Shown here: positions 1-10,153 of the stretch, piece after piece | How the letters are laid out: each line of letters starts with the position of its first letter | How positions within the stretch are numbered: position 1 is the stretch's first letter | Source of the DNA: Planctomycetales bacterium | GTDB lineage: Bacteria; Planctomycetota; Planctomycetia; Pirellulales; JAEUIK01 | Length of the DNA stretch: 57,804 nt | Assembly (NCBI GenBank): GCA_020426575.1 | Contig: JAGQPT010000011.1 | Span: 1-57,804 of the forward strand | Direction of reading: 5' to 3' | Translations under genes and position numbers: made by a program | Notes under the pieces: generated by a model | Databases searched by the model: none | The model's input: the letters and a program-made list of their open reading frames with translations, nothing else | What the model was told of the DNA's origin: nothing

Positions 1-341
1 ACCAGGAAGGTTCGAGCCACGCAAAAAGAAGCGACGATTCAAACTCTACGAGTTCCTCTTTAAGCCAAGAAACGAAGCGAAACGTGATATGGTCAAAGGG
101 ATTGGGAAAAACTAAGTGCCATTCGTGTACATCACTTCAGCGGCGACAGCAGGGCCTGTCAGTTGCAACGGCGATCTGCGTAAGCCAGGGACCAAGCGCA
201 GGTTGCTGGGCGACGAGAATGGCTCGTCAATGAGGTTGTACTTCGATATCTAGGGAAAGTCATAAAAACCTGATAGCATTGGGGATCTGCTATGGCCGTC
301 CTGTCCACAGCGACACTTGGTACGGCAACACACGGGTCACT

Positions 342-770
342 ATGGGCGGCAACAAAGGCAAGCGTTACGAGGAGCAGGCGGAAGAACGCGCGATTCGACC
401 GACTTCGATCGACGAGTACGCCTCAGCCATCAATGCTGAAAGCGAACGTAAGTTCAGAAAAGCAACCCGCGATTCGCTCACGCGGGTGGCGCCGGGCGAT
501 GCACGCAAAGCCGCTCAGAAACAGCGTCGGGTTACTCGTGACATCGGAATTGAGCCGATTGCATCATACGAGGAATTCACGAATGCACTTTTGACGGCTC
601 TCGGGTGGCTCGCAGGTGAATTAGAACCGGGCGCCATTGATTTTCTCGTTGGCGAAACGCAATGGACAGGCGGCGAGCACAGATCGCAGCTGGCAAGACG
701 GCCTTCACTCTCACGCTGGCCCCAGCCAATCCGAGCACGCAGTTCCACAAACTCGATAGTGCCACGGTAG
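342..770 (+). CDS. hypothetical protein (island cargo, start uncertain)
   Basis: ORF 279..770 opens with TTG and the first ATG is at 342 (MGGNKGKRYEEQAEER...). The N-terminal two-thirds are charged and protein-like, the tail less so. No motif recognised. Confidence 0.3.
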   Translation: MGGNKGKRYEEQAEERAIRPTSIDEYASAINAESERKFRKATRDSLTRVAPGDARKAAQKQRRVTRDIGIEPIASYEEFTNALLTALGWLAGELEPGAIDFLVGETQWTGGEHRSQLARRPSLSRWPQPIRARSSTNSIVPR

Positions 771-1199
771 GAACCTCTGGTTATGCGCTTCAACATCGCC
801 GTTCGTTTGAACTTTCATAAGACCGCCCCCGTCCTGCTCTTATGTCGCACCGATTGTCACGACTCAACCTGCGCCGTTCCGCAAAGGTTTGCGTTGCATG
901 ATAGGCAAACGGGGCCGATCACTTAAAACCTGGCAATCGACTCGGTTACCGGAGAACGGAGACGTCAGAAAGTGGGCGGACGAAGCGATAGAGGACCTTC
1001 CAAGAGCACGATGGTCGTAGTCGGTAAAGCCGTTGGCGATCCCGGGCGGTCGCCGACGCAGGATCGGGAATCGAGTCCATAATTCCCTTACGCGCACCTA
1101 CGGGTTTTGGACCGGACGCTTATCATAGCGACCACAATAGCAGCAATTTTACTTTTGCGCTGCCAGCCTAATCGGCTTACTAAGGAGGAGGTCCAGCGG

Positions 1200-2246
1200 A
1201 TGGCTAAGCCAAAAGCAGAGACGACGAAGTCGGCAGCTTCCAAGTGGGCGGACGAAATCATTCGACCGATCGGCCTCAATGCTTCGGTTGAGGACGCCAT
1301 TGCATACGAGCCGGCGCCCATTCGGACGCTTGGCGAATACAGCGATGTGATCATCTACGCCATCGACCACATTCGATACTTGTGGTCGTACACTGGCAGC
1401 AAGTGCCGGCAATCGGTGGGCGAAGACTTCGTCGACAGCTACATCACCCAGGCGCTTGCCAAGTTTGACGACGCATGGCATCGGCTTGTCTACGTGCCTA
1501 ATGCGGACCAGGAGTTCGCGACTTCCGAGTGGTGCAGGGCGGCAGTATCCGCCGTAACTCCGCTGGTACGGCCTAGTGAACCGTGGGGCGTGGCTACGAG
1601 TGCCCACACCAGAGGGCGCGAAGCCATCGCGTGGTTCCACATGTGTGTGCTTTGTTCCCTCGATCATCAGGACTTTGCGGCAGTGGCACAGAGGGCACTC
1701 ATGCGGCAACACACAGGTGCAGCCCTTAGTTTGGCAACCGGGACCAATTGGTCCCCCCCGGACGTTGTTCGCAAGACAGTAGGCCAACTCGAACCTTCGG
1801 TTGACTTCAACGTCTTCGACGAAATCAAGGCGATGATTCTCCGCGAACGCGCCATGATTCAGGAACGGCTAGACGTCTCGTTGCCGAGCGTTGCATCGAA
1901 GACTGAGATCATATCTAGCCAAGTGGTGTTGCCATGCGATGAAACCCAGCACCAGTCAAAGCCCGCCATCGAGCGAACCATCGAGCAAATCGAACAAAAG
2001 ACTCCTGCGCTTGACACCGACAACGATGAGTGGATCACCGCACGCGTTTACCAGAATGAGTGGAACAAGTCGCCAACGATCGATGAACTCAGAAACATGC
2101 GATCGAAAGGTGAAAAGCATCCGTCGGGCCTTTTCGGCAGACATAAGGTCGCGGGCAGATGGGTGCGGTGGAGAAAAAAAGAGATCAAGACCCAGGCTTA
2201 CTACTTGGTCAAAGACTTGGGCCCGAAACATTCTCGCCGCAAGTGA
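1200..2246 (+). CDS. hypothetical protein (island cargo), C-terminal Xis/HTH-like segment
   Basis: ORF 1107..2246 is trimmed to ATG 1200, which follows AAGGAGG (1182..1188). I recognise no catalytic motif. The C-terminus (DEWITARVY...HKVAGRWVRWRKKEI) resembles the G-R-W-x-hydrophobic pattern of excisionase-type HTH domains. Confidence 0.55.
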   Translation: MAKPKAETTKSAASKWADEIIRPIGLNASVEDAIAYEPAPIRTLGEYSDVIIYAIDHIRYLWSYTGSKCRQSVGEDFVDSYITQALAKFDDAWHRLVYVPNADQEFATSEWCRAAVSAVTPLVRPSEPWGVATSAHTRGREAIAWFHMCVLCSLDHQDFAAVAQRALMRQHTGAALSLATGTNWSPPDVVRKTVGQLEPSVDFNVFDEIKAMILRERAMIQERLDVSLPSVASKTEIISSQVVLPCDETQHQSKPAIERTIEQIEQKTPALDTDNDEWITARVYQNEWNKSPTIDELRNMRSKGEKHPSGLFGRHKVAGRWVRWRKKEIKTQAYYLVKDLGPKHSRRK

Positions 2247-2319
2247 TGCGGCGCTCCATTAGCGCGCCATTTGCGCGCGGCGCGCAAAATCGGCGCTAGA
2301 CGCCATTCTCAGCGCGCGC

Positions 2320-2571
2320 ATGATTAGCGTATCCACTGACTTTGTCATGAGGTACGTGATGCGAAATGGATTCACAATTCGGCCGGAGGCCATCTACGAC
2401 GACAAGGCACTGATCATCGGCGCCCGGTTCACAAGTTCTGCGCTGGACGGGGCCCGGCGAGCAGGTCGCTTGCGATTTGCAAGAATCGGCCGGCGCAAGG
2501 TGATGCGCGGCTCATGGCTACTGGAATGGCTCGACCGTGAAGCACTAGCCGACGACGCTGCCCACACGTAG
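2320..2571 (+). CDS. small excisionase/HTH_17-like DNA-binding protein
   Basis: 83 aa. The pattern ...RRAGRLRFARIGRRKVMRGSWLLEWLD matches the Xis/MerR-type winged HTH pattern (G-x-L-x-x-x-x-IGRR-x-x-x-x-x-x-x-L-x-x-WL). Confidence 0.5.
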   Translation: MISVSTDFVMRYVMRNGFTIRPEAIYDDKALIIGARFTSSALDGARRAGRLRFARIGRRKVMRGSWLLEWLDREALADDAAHT

Positions 2572-2682
2572 TCGGCGCATACCCTGAACGCAACAACGCT
2601 CAGGGATTTGATCGTAGCCCGAAATTAGAAGCCGCATCCAGGGTGTGCCACAAACGGGTGCAGAGCACCAAAGACTGCCCAG

Positions 2683-2931
2683 ATGATAACTGATCTGCTG
2701 AAACCTGAACAGCGCTTCCTCTCATATCCGTTCTCCACGGTAGAGTATCGCTTATGGTTCCCTCAACCTGATGAAGATAGCCTGACAGGACTAAGAGCGA
2801 AAAACGTCTTCGACGTGGTTGCAACTGGCGATGTTGGCGTGTCAGTCGTCAATGGTAAGCAGTGCTTCGATGTCTGTGAGATCGCCGCGCTGCGTACGAG
2901 AAAAACGGTGGAGGTGCGTCACCGTGTCTGA
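2683..2931 (+). CDS. hypothetical protein
   Basis: 82-aa ATG ORF. Its TGA stop overlaps the GTG start of the next ORF (GTGTCTGA), which suggests translational coupling. No motif recognised. Confidence 0.4.
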   Translation: MITDLLKPEQRFLSYPFSTVEYRLWFPQPDEDSLTGLRAKNVFDVVATGDVGVSVVNGKQCFDVCEIAALRTRKTVEVRHRV

Positions 2932-3208
2932 TGCAAATCCTCTGCCCTTGCCCCCGTCAGCACGTCTGCTCAGCACGAGTGCCGGATCCCGTTACCTCGG
3001 CCTCGGCGAAGACGGTCGATTGCTATCGCAGTATGCAGAACTCGGCTTGATTCCGACCGTGCGTCTCGGTGGTGTGGCATCGAAGCGGCCGCGCGTGCTT
3101 TTTGACGTGCGGGACCTCGATGCCTTCATTGACGCGATGAAAGCGGCCGGGTCGGTCGACGCGCTCTTGGGCAACACACCCGCTGTTACGCCGGCGAAAG
3201 ATGAATAA
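2924..3208 (+). CDS. excisionase/HTH_17-like DNA-binding protein
   Basis: GTG 2924 follows GGTGGAGG. The protein ...LLSTSAGSRYLGLGEDGRLLSQYAELGLIPTVRLGG...VLFDVRDLDAFIDAMK fits the Xis-like HTH pattern. Its stop overlaps the primase ATG (ATGAATAA). Confidence 0.55.
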   Translation: MSDANPLPLPPSARLLSTSAGSRYLGLGEDGRLLSQYAELGLIPTVRLGGVASKRPRVLFDVRDLDAFIDAMKAAGSVDALLGNTPAVTPAKDE

Positions 3209-5531
3209 CAGGGACGGAACGATGATCGCAACGCAGAAGTTTCCGCCAGAACTCGCGGGTCTGCCGCAGTTCATCACCTGGAAGTATGTCGACGCCGACG
3301 ACGGCGGGAAGCCTAAGAAGTTCCCCGTCGACGCCAAGACCGGAAACTGCGCCAAGACTGATACTCCGTCGACCTGGTCCACAATCGACGTGGCAAAAAA
3401 GCGTGTCGAGACGAACGGCTGCACTGGCATTGGGTTCGTCTTCTCTGAAGACGATGAGTTCGTCGGCATCGATCTGGACCACGTCGTGGCCGACGACGGC
3501 AAGGTCGCGGATTGGGCGATGGCCATCGTCCGCGAATCAGGCTGCTATGCCGAGTACTCCCCCAGCGGTCGCGGCATTCACGTATTCCTCCGTGGCAACT
3601 TGCCCGGCAGCGGGCGACGTGTGAAGGTCGACAGCCGGACCGGCACACCAGGCGGCGACAAAGACAGCGAGATCGAGGTCTACGACCGTCGGCGTTATTT
3701 CACCGTCACTGGAAACCAGGTCGATGGTACACCGCCCGGCGTCGCCAACGCACAGGCGACGATCGACAAGCTGGTGGCGAAATACTTCTCGAATTCCAAG
3801 GTGACGACGGCGAAGGCACCGGCCAGCGGTGAGATCTCGCTCGACGACGCAGAGATCATCGAGAGAATTCGCGGCAGCAAACAGGCTGTGAAGTTTGAAG
3901 CACTTTGGGCCGGCAATCACGACGGTGACCACTCCGCCGCACGAATGTCGCTGCTTTGCATTTTTGCATTCTGGACGCGTGATGCACGGCGAATCGACTC
4001 GCTATACCGGGCGAGCGGTTTGTATGCGACCGACGACGAGCATCGGGAGAAGTGGCAACGCCTCGGCGCCGACGAAATCTCCAAGGCGCTGGAATTCCAG
4101 ACCGAGTCGTACACTGCCAACGGTCGTATTGCGACTGCCGCGAATACCACCAACGAGACCGCGACACACAATGAGCGCGAGCCCCTGGTGCTGTTCAAGG
4201 ACAACGCCTGGCCGACAGTCGACGCTCTGATCGGTCGGCACTACACGAAGGACGGCCGACGCACGTTGTATTCGGCAGATGGTGTGTTCATGCACTGGAA
4301 TGGACGACAGTACGTCGAGACGCCAGATGTGGCTATCGAGAAGCGTCTTGCGTATCTGATGCGTAATGCCGTCATCGACGTCAAAGACGGCCAGCGTCCG
4401 TTCCCTGCGTCCTCGCGGACGTTGCGGGACGCGTTGGCGGTGCTGCGCGCTTCGTCACATCTCGACAACCGTACGTCGCCATTCTGGATACGTGGCGACG
4501 ATAGTCGGCCGCCGGCGACGGGATTGGTGTCGGCGGCCAACGGCCTGTGGGACCTCGCAACGATGGAGCGTCTTGACCACACGCCGGATTACTTCAACCT
4601 CCACTCGCTCGACTTCCACATCGATCCAGCCGCGGAGCCACCTAGGGAATTCGAGCAATTGTTGCACGACCAGTTCGACGCCGAACAAGTCATCATGCTT
4701 CAACAGTGGTGCGGATACCTGCTCAGCGGCGACACGTCCCTGCAAAAAGCGCTGTATATCACCGGGCCGCCACGTTCGAGCAAGGGCACGCTGATGCACC
4801 TGATGCGTGACCTGGTCGGCCTTGACAACGTCCACGACGCCAGCGTCGCCAACCTTGCCGACCGGTTCGGCCTGGAACCGTTGGCCGGCAAGCCCCTGGC
4901 GATCATCTCGGACGCGCGGTTCGCGTCGCGAGACACACAACCTGTGATCGAAAACCTGCTTCGCATCATTGGAGGGGACGGAGTGTCGATCCAACGGAAG
5001 GGTCGCACCAACATCGAGACGATCCTGCCGACGCGATTCGTGATCGCCAGCAACGAGATTCCCAAGTTGCCGGACGCATCGACGGCGATCATCACAAGAT
5101 TTTTGTTCCTGAGAACTACGAAGTCGTTCCTGGGCAACGAGGACCCAGACCTCTTGAACAAACTACGTCGCGGCCTGCCTGGCATTTTCAACTGGAGCCG
5201 AGAAGGCTGGATCGACCTCAAAAAGCAGCGGCGGTTCATGGAGCCCGAGGCAACCAAACGGGACCGGCGACTGGCTGAGTTCCTGGCCAGCGACGTCCGG
5301 TCGTTCTTTGACGCAATGTGTGTCGTCGAGATGGGCGCCTCGGTTCCCTGCAGCGAACTGTACGGTGAGTTCGTCCAATGGTGCGAGCGGGCTGGCATCC
5401 ACAATCCGCCCCCTGCGAATGTCTTCGGGCAACGGCTGCACGCCGCTGTGCCGGCCGTCGACACCAAGCGGAACACCGACGGGCGCGAGTACGCAAACGT
5501 GAATCTGAGGAAATGGGCAACTTTCACATGA
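3201..5531 (+). CDS. bifunctional AEP primase-polymerase / SF3 helicase (phage-plasmid primase, P4/D5 family)
   Basis: The AEP motifs are present: GIDLDH (DxD), GRGIHVF (sxH) and EIEVYDRRRYFTVTG. A PriCT-like segment (HSAARMSLLCIFAFWT) follows. The C-terminal NTPase has Walker A GPPRSSKGT and Walker B-like LAIISDA. Confidence 0.9.
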   Translation: MNNRDGTMIATQKFPPELAGLPQFITWKYVDADDGGKPKKFPVDAKTGNCAKTDTPSTWSTIDVAKKRVETNGCTGIGFVFSEDDEFVGIDLDHVVADDGKVADWAMAIVRESGCYAEYSPSGRGIHVFLRGNLPGSGRRVKVDSRTGTPGGDKDSEIEVYDRRRYFTVTGNQVDGTPPGVANAQATIDKLVAKYFSNSKVTTAKAPASGEISLDDAEIIERIRGSKQAVKFEALWAGNHDGDHSAARMSLLCIFAFWTRDARRIDSLYRASGLYATDDEHREKWQRLGADEISKALEFQTESYTANGRIATAANTTNETATHNEREPLVLFKDNAWPTVDALIGRHYTKDGRRTLYSADGVFMHWNGRQYVETPDVAIEKRLAYLMRNAVIDVKDGQRPFPASSRTLRDALAVLRASSHLDNRTSPFWIRGDDSRPPATGLVSAANGLWDLATMERLDHTPDYFNLHSLDFHIDPAAEPPREFEQLLHDQFDAEQVIMLQQWCGYLLSGDTSLQKALYITGPPRSSKGTLMHLMRDLVGLDNVHDASVANLADRFGLEPLAGKPLAIISDARFASRDTQPVIENLLRIIGGDGVSIQRKGRTNIETILPTRFVIASNEIPKLPDASTAIITRFLFLRTTKSFLGNEDPDLLNKLRRGLPGIFNWSREGWIDLKKQRRFMEPEATKRDRRLAEFLASDVRSFFDAMCVVEMGASVPCSELYGEFVQWCERAGIHNPPPANVFGQRLHAAVPAVDTKRNTDGREYANVNLRKWATFT

Positions 5532-5809
5532 AGCTAACACCCAAAACTACGGAATTTACGCGCAACCTCCGCAACTTTCCGTACTCCCCCCTTAATAGAA
5601 ATGCGCGCTTCTTCTTCGCGCGCGTCTAGGGCGGATTGGGAAAAGTTGCGGTGGTTGAGCGCCAACCACCCGTGACGAGATGGACCAGGTTCGCCCAAGC
5701 AAACACATTCCTTGCAAGTCCCGACCCGCGAGGTACGATCCTCGCTCGAACGAGTCCCCCTGCGTGAGGGGTGAACGCAAATTGATGATCAACAAAGGAT
5801 TCCGTTGCA

Positions 5810-7132
5810 ATGGCAAGTCTGATTCCAGGCCCAAAGGTTGAGGGCCGTGTCGTGCGTCGTGTCAGTTTCAACTGGCCGAATGAACGTCAGCGCCGCCACA
5901 TCCGTCTCGGTCGCATTGGCATTCAGCAGGGTCTCGCGATCAAGAGGAACATCGAGCGTCTCATCGTCGCCAAGATCGGCGACACGCCCTGGGAAACCGA
6001 GCTGGCCGAATGGGTGGCAAAACTTCCTGACCGCCGGCCCAAGCTCGCTGACGATCTTGCCAAACATGGACTGATCCGATCCCGCGAGCGATCGACGTTG
6101 GCCGGGTTCATTACGTTTTACGTCGACCAGCGGCAGGACGTGGCTTCCAGCACTAAGGTGGCCTGGGACCAGGGGGCCCGCGATCTGCTTGAGTTCTTCG
6201 GCCCAGAGCGATCGATCCACAGTATCACCCGATCCGATGCACTCGACTTCCGTACTTGTTTGATGGCCAAAAAGAAGAAGAACGGCAAGCCGCGGCGGCC
6301 GGCGACGACGGACAAACGGTTGCGGTTTGCCGTGATGCTCTTCGGCGCCATGGCCGAGCGGGAGTTGATCCCCAAAAACCCCTTCAGCCGTGTCTCCGTG
6401 GCCGGCACGATCGACGAGTCCCGCAACGTCTTCGTGAATCGCGAGACGATCTACCGGGTGCTGGACCACGCACCTGACGCCGAATGGAGGCTGTTGATTT
6501 GCTTGTCACGATTTGCGGGACTCAGGGTGCCCTCAGAGGCCCTCAGCCTCGAGTGGCGGCATATTGATTGGAGTCGCAAATTGATCACCGTGCCGTCGCC
6601 CAAGACAAAGCATCATGCTGGTGGCGGCCAGCGGGAGATCCCACTCTATGACGTGCTTGTCGAGCCGTTGCAGGAGGCGTTCGACGAGGCGGAGGAGGGT
6701 GTGGTCTACGTGGTCTCAAAACATCGGTCGCAGGCCGACAGCGAAGCGGGCTGGCGGAACACCAACCTCCGCAAGCGGTTTTCGGATATAATCCGCAAAG
6801 CGGGCCTAGAGCCGTGGCCCAAGCTGTGGCACGCGCTACGGGCCTCGTTTGAGACGGAACTTGTGGAAAGGACGCCGATCCAGTCGGTAGCCAAGTTCAT
6901 GGGACATTCGCCAAGGGTCGCCGTGACCAACTACCTCAGGCCACTGCCCGAACACATTGACCAGGCGAGAAGCCTGGGGGTCGAGGCGCACCAAAAAGCG
7001 CACCAGCACAATAGCGCACTACCATGCATACAAAATCGGGAAGACGAAAACTCCCGAGGAAACAACGTTATGCACCTTGGTGCAGCGTTATGCATCCCTA
7101 CCGAGTGGGCGATACTGGACTCGAACCAGTGA
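5810..7132 (+). CDS. int: tyrosine-type site-specific recombinase/integrase
   Basis: The catalytic signature is present: AGLRVPSE (Arg), HALRASF (H-x-x-R) and GHSPRVAVTNYL (His...Tyr). The last 27 nt of the ORF overlap the 3' part of tRNA-Val. Confidence 0.9.
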   Translation: MASLIPGPKVEGRVVRRVSFNWPNERQRRHIRLGRIGIQQGLAIKRNIERLIVAKIGDTPWETELAEWVAKLPDRRPKLADDLAKHGLIRSRERSTLAGFITFYVDQRQDVASSTKVAWDQGARDLLEFFGPERSIHSITRSDALDFRTCLMAKKKKNGKPRRPATTDKRLRFAVMLFGAMAERELIPKNPFSRVSVAGTIDESRNVFVNRETIYRVLDHAPDAEWRLLICLSRFAGLRVPSEALSLEWRHIDWSRKLITVPSPKTKHHAGGGQREIPLYDVLVEPLQEAFDEAEEGVVYVVSKHRSQADSEAGWRNTNLRKRFSDIIRKAGLEPWPKLWHALRASFETELVERTPIQSVAKFMGHSPRVAVTNYLRPLPEHIDQARSLGVEAHQKAHQHNSALPCIQNREDENSRGNNVMHLGAALCIPTEWAILDSNQ

Positions 7133-7179
7133 CCCCTAGCTTGTCGAGCTAGTGCTCTAACCAACTGAGCTAATCGCCC
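7106..7179 (-). tRNA. tRNA-Val (anticodon GAC)
   Basis: The reverse complement GGGCGATTAGCTCAGTTGGTTAGAGCACTAGCTCGACAAGCTAGGGGTCACTGGTTCGAGTCCAGTATCGCCCA folds by hand into a cloverleaf. It has a 7-bp acceptor stem, a GCTC/GAGC D stem, a CTAGC/GCTAG anticodon stem with loop TCGACAA, and an ACTGG/CCAGT T stem with TTCGAGT. CCA is not encoded. Confidence 0.9.
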
Positions 7180-7808
7180 TTGCTGCAACCGTCTGGTGCG
7201 TAAATCTGTTGCCGGCGGGCCAGCCCGACCCACGTCGACACACTCGTTTGGCCGGTTCGACGCGAAACGGCGGTCTCATTTGTGCCTAACCGGCGCTCCG
7301 CACTCGTGTCTCACCGCGACCGGCGACATCGATTCTTCATCGATACTACACCGACACTTTTCCAAGCATCGTGGCTCGGCGAACCCGCCCGATGCCCTAG
7401 TGGTCCCACCGATGGGGCTGCGGCGAGCACGTCAAATGTGGCACGTCGCTCCCAGTGCGTCAAGTCTCACGGTGTGCAAGTCTCACGGCGACCGGCGGTC
7501 AAGTCGTCCGGCATGTCTGCTGCGGCGCGGGGGGACGGCGACGCGGGATGCATGCATGGCACCTCCGGACTGGTGGCGACGAGCGACGGGGTTATGCCGG
7601 ACGGGGGCTGCCCGCGATCGCGGCGGTGCCTCACGCGGTTGCCGTGGCAGTCCAGCTAGGACGCCAGTGGCAAGAGGCCTATACTGGGTGGCCGGCTGCA
7701 CCGGCCTGCACCGCCGCGGCAGGGACGTTTCCGCGTGTGCGGGGCTCCTATGTGCGTTGTCATTTTCCGCCCTTTTTCCTTTTTTCATCGGCTCGTTTTT
7801 CTCCCACC

Positions 7809-9754
<1,946 letters not shown>

Positions 9755-9770
<16 letters not shown>

Positions 9771-9838
9771 ACCAGATCGCCCAGTGAGTCAAATCACCAA
9801 GTGAGCCCGTCGCCCAACGAACAAGTCGCCCAGTGAGC
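9755..9838 (+). repeat. five tandem copies of a 16-17 nt unit (CCAGATCGCCCAGTGAR) spanning the thrS stop codon
   Basis: The TCGCCCA/TCACCAA cores sit at 9760, 9777, 9794, 9810 and 9826. Copies 1-2 are identical over their first 16 nt and copies 3-5 have diverged. The thrS TGA (9768..9770) lies in copy 1. Confidence 0.85.
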
Positions 9839-10021
9839 AGCCAGCCGGGGTACGCTGGCCACCTCGGAACGGGAAGACTTGACGGTTGCCGCCACAGGAA
9901 CACGGCAAATCGCTACCGTCACCCGGCGGGCCCACGCCTGGTTCAAGATCTACCAGCGTCTCCCCCTCGGCTCTGCCGCTATCCCACCGAGAACCGGCGC
10001 CCTAGGGAGAAATGGTGTGGT

Positions 10022-10038
10022 AGGATTGTAACAATCCT
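10022..10038. promoter_or_regulatory. perfect 8-1-8 palindrome AGGATTGT-A-ACAATCCT (candidate operator)
   Basis: Read directly from the sequence. It lies 12 nt upstream of the putative infC -35 box. Confidence 0.35.
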
Positions 10039-10050
10039 GGCGAAAACCTG

Positions 10051-10080
10051 TTGACGCCACGACCACGCCCCCCCGATACT
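10051..10080 (+). promoter_or_regulatory. putative sigma-70-type promoter of infC (TTGACG-N18-GATACT)
   Basis: TTGACG is at 10051..10056 and GATACT at 10075..10080, 70-140 nt upstream of the candidate infC starts. Confidence 0.35.
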
Positions 10081-10153
10081 AAACGGTCTGCCGCGCCGCC
10101 TGCCGGCGGCGTTCGTACGGGCCGATTGTGCCCGCTGACGCTGCTTTGGCGAT

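Larger units (their letters stand above)
1..7179. mobile_element. Partial integrative element (satellite/IME-like island) inserted at the 3' end of tRNA-Val; left boundary outside the window
   Basis: The tyrosine integrase (5810..7132) reads into the 3' half of the minus-strand tRNA-Val (7106..7179). It is preceded by a P4-type primase/helicase, two small Xis-like HTH ORFs and orphan ORFs. The first ~3 kb are visibly more A/T-rich than the rest of the window. I found no direct repeat of the tRNA 3' segment in 1..5800, so the second att site is presumably upstream of the window. Confidence 0.7.

Noticed and set aside
1-120. A tRNA-like GGTTCGAGCC at 9..18, a possible 3' end of an ORF running in from the left (…KPRNEAKRDMVKGIGKN*), and a T-arm-like ATCGAGTCCA near 1070.
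   Set aside because: Neither segment folds into a T-arm or acceptor structure by hand, and they are in the wrong orientation to be a direct repeat of the tRNA-Val 3' end. The partial ORF is too short to support.
864-1354. Minus-strand ORFs 864..1097 and 1088..1354 in the island's left arm.
   Set aside because: They have no RBS or motifs. The second overlaps, in antisense, the better-supported 1200..2246 gene. The region 771..1199 is treated as non-coding.
5531-5809. Hairpins GCGCGC-N9-GCGCGC (5603..5623) and GGTGGTTG-agcgc-CAACCACC (5650..5670) as terminator, ori or attP arm sites.
   Set aside because: They are real inverted repeats, but there is no U-tract, and nothing in the sequence alone distinguishes terminator, origin and recombination-directionality sites. 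They are mentioned only as targets under the island findings.
7414-7440. A GGGGCTG... start reminiscent of a tmRNA 5' end in the tRNA-thrS spacer.
   Set aside because: No matching T-arm or ACCA-proximal 3' end, tag ORF or pseudoknot signatures are recognisable nearby.
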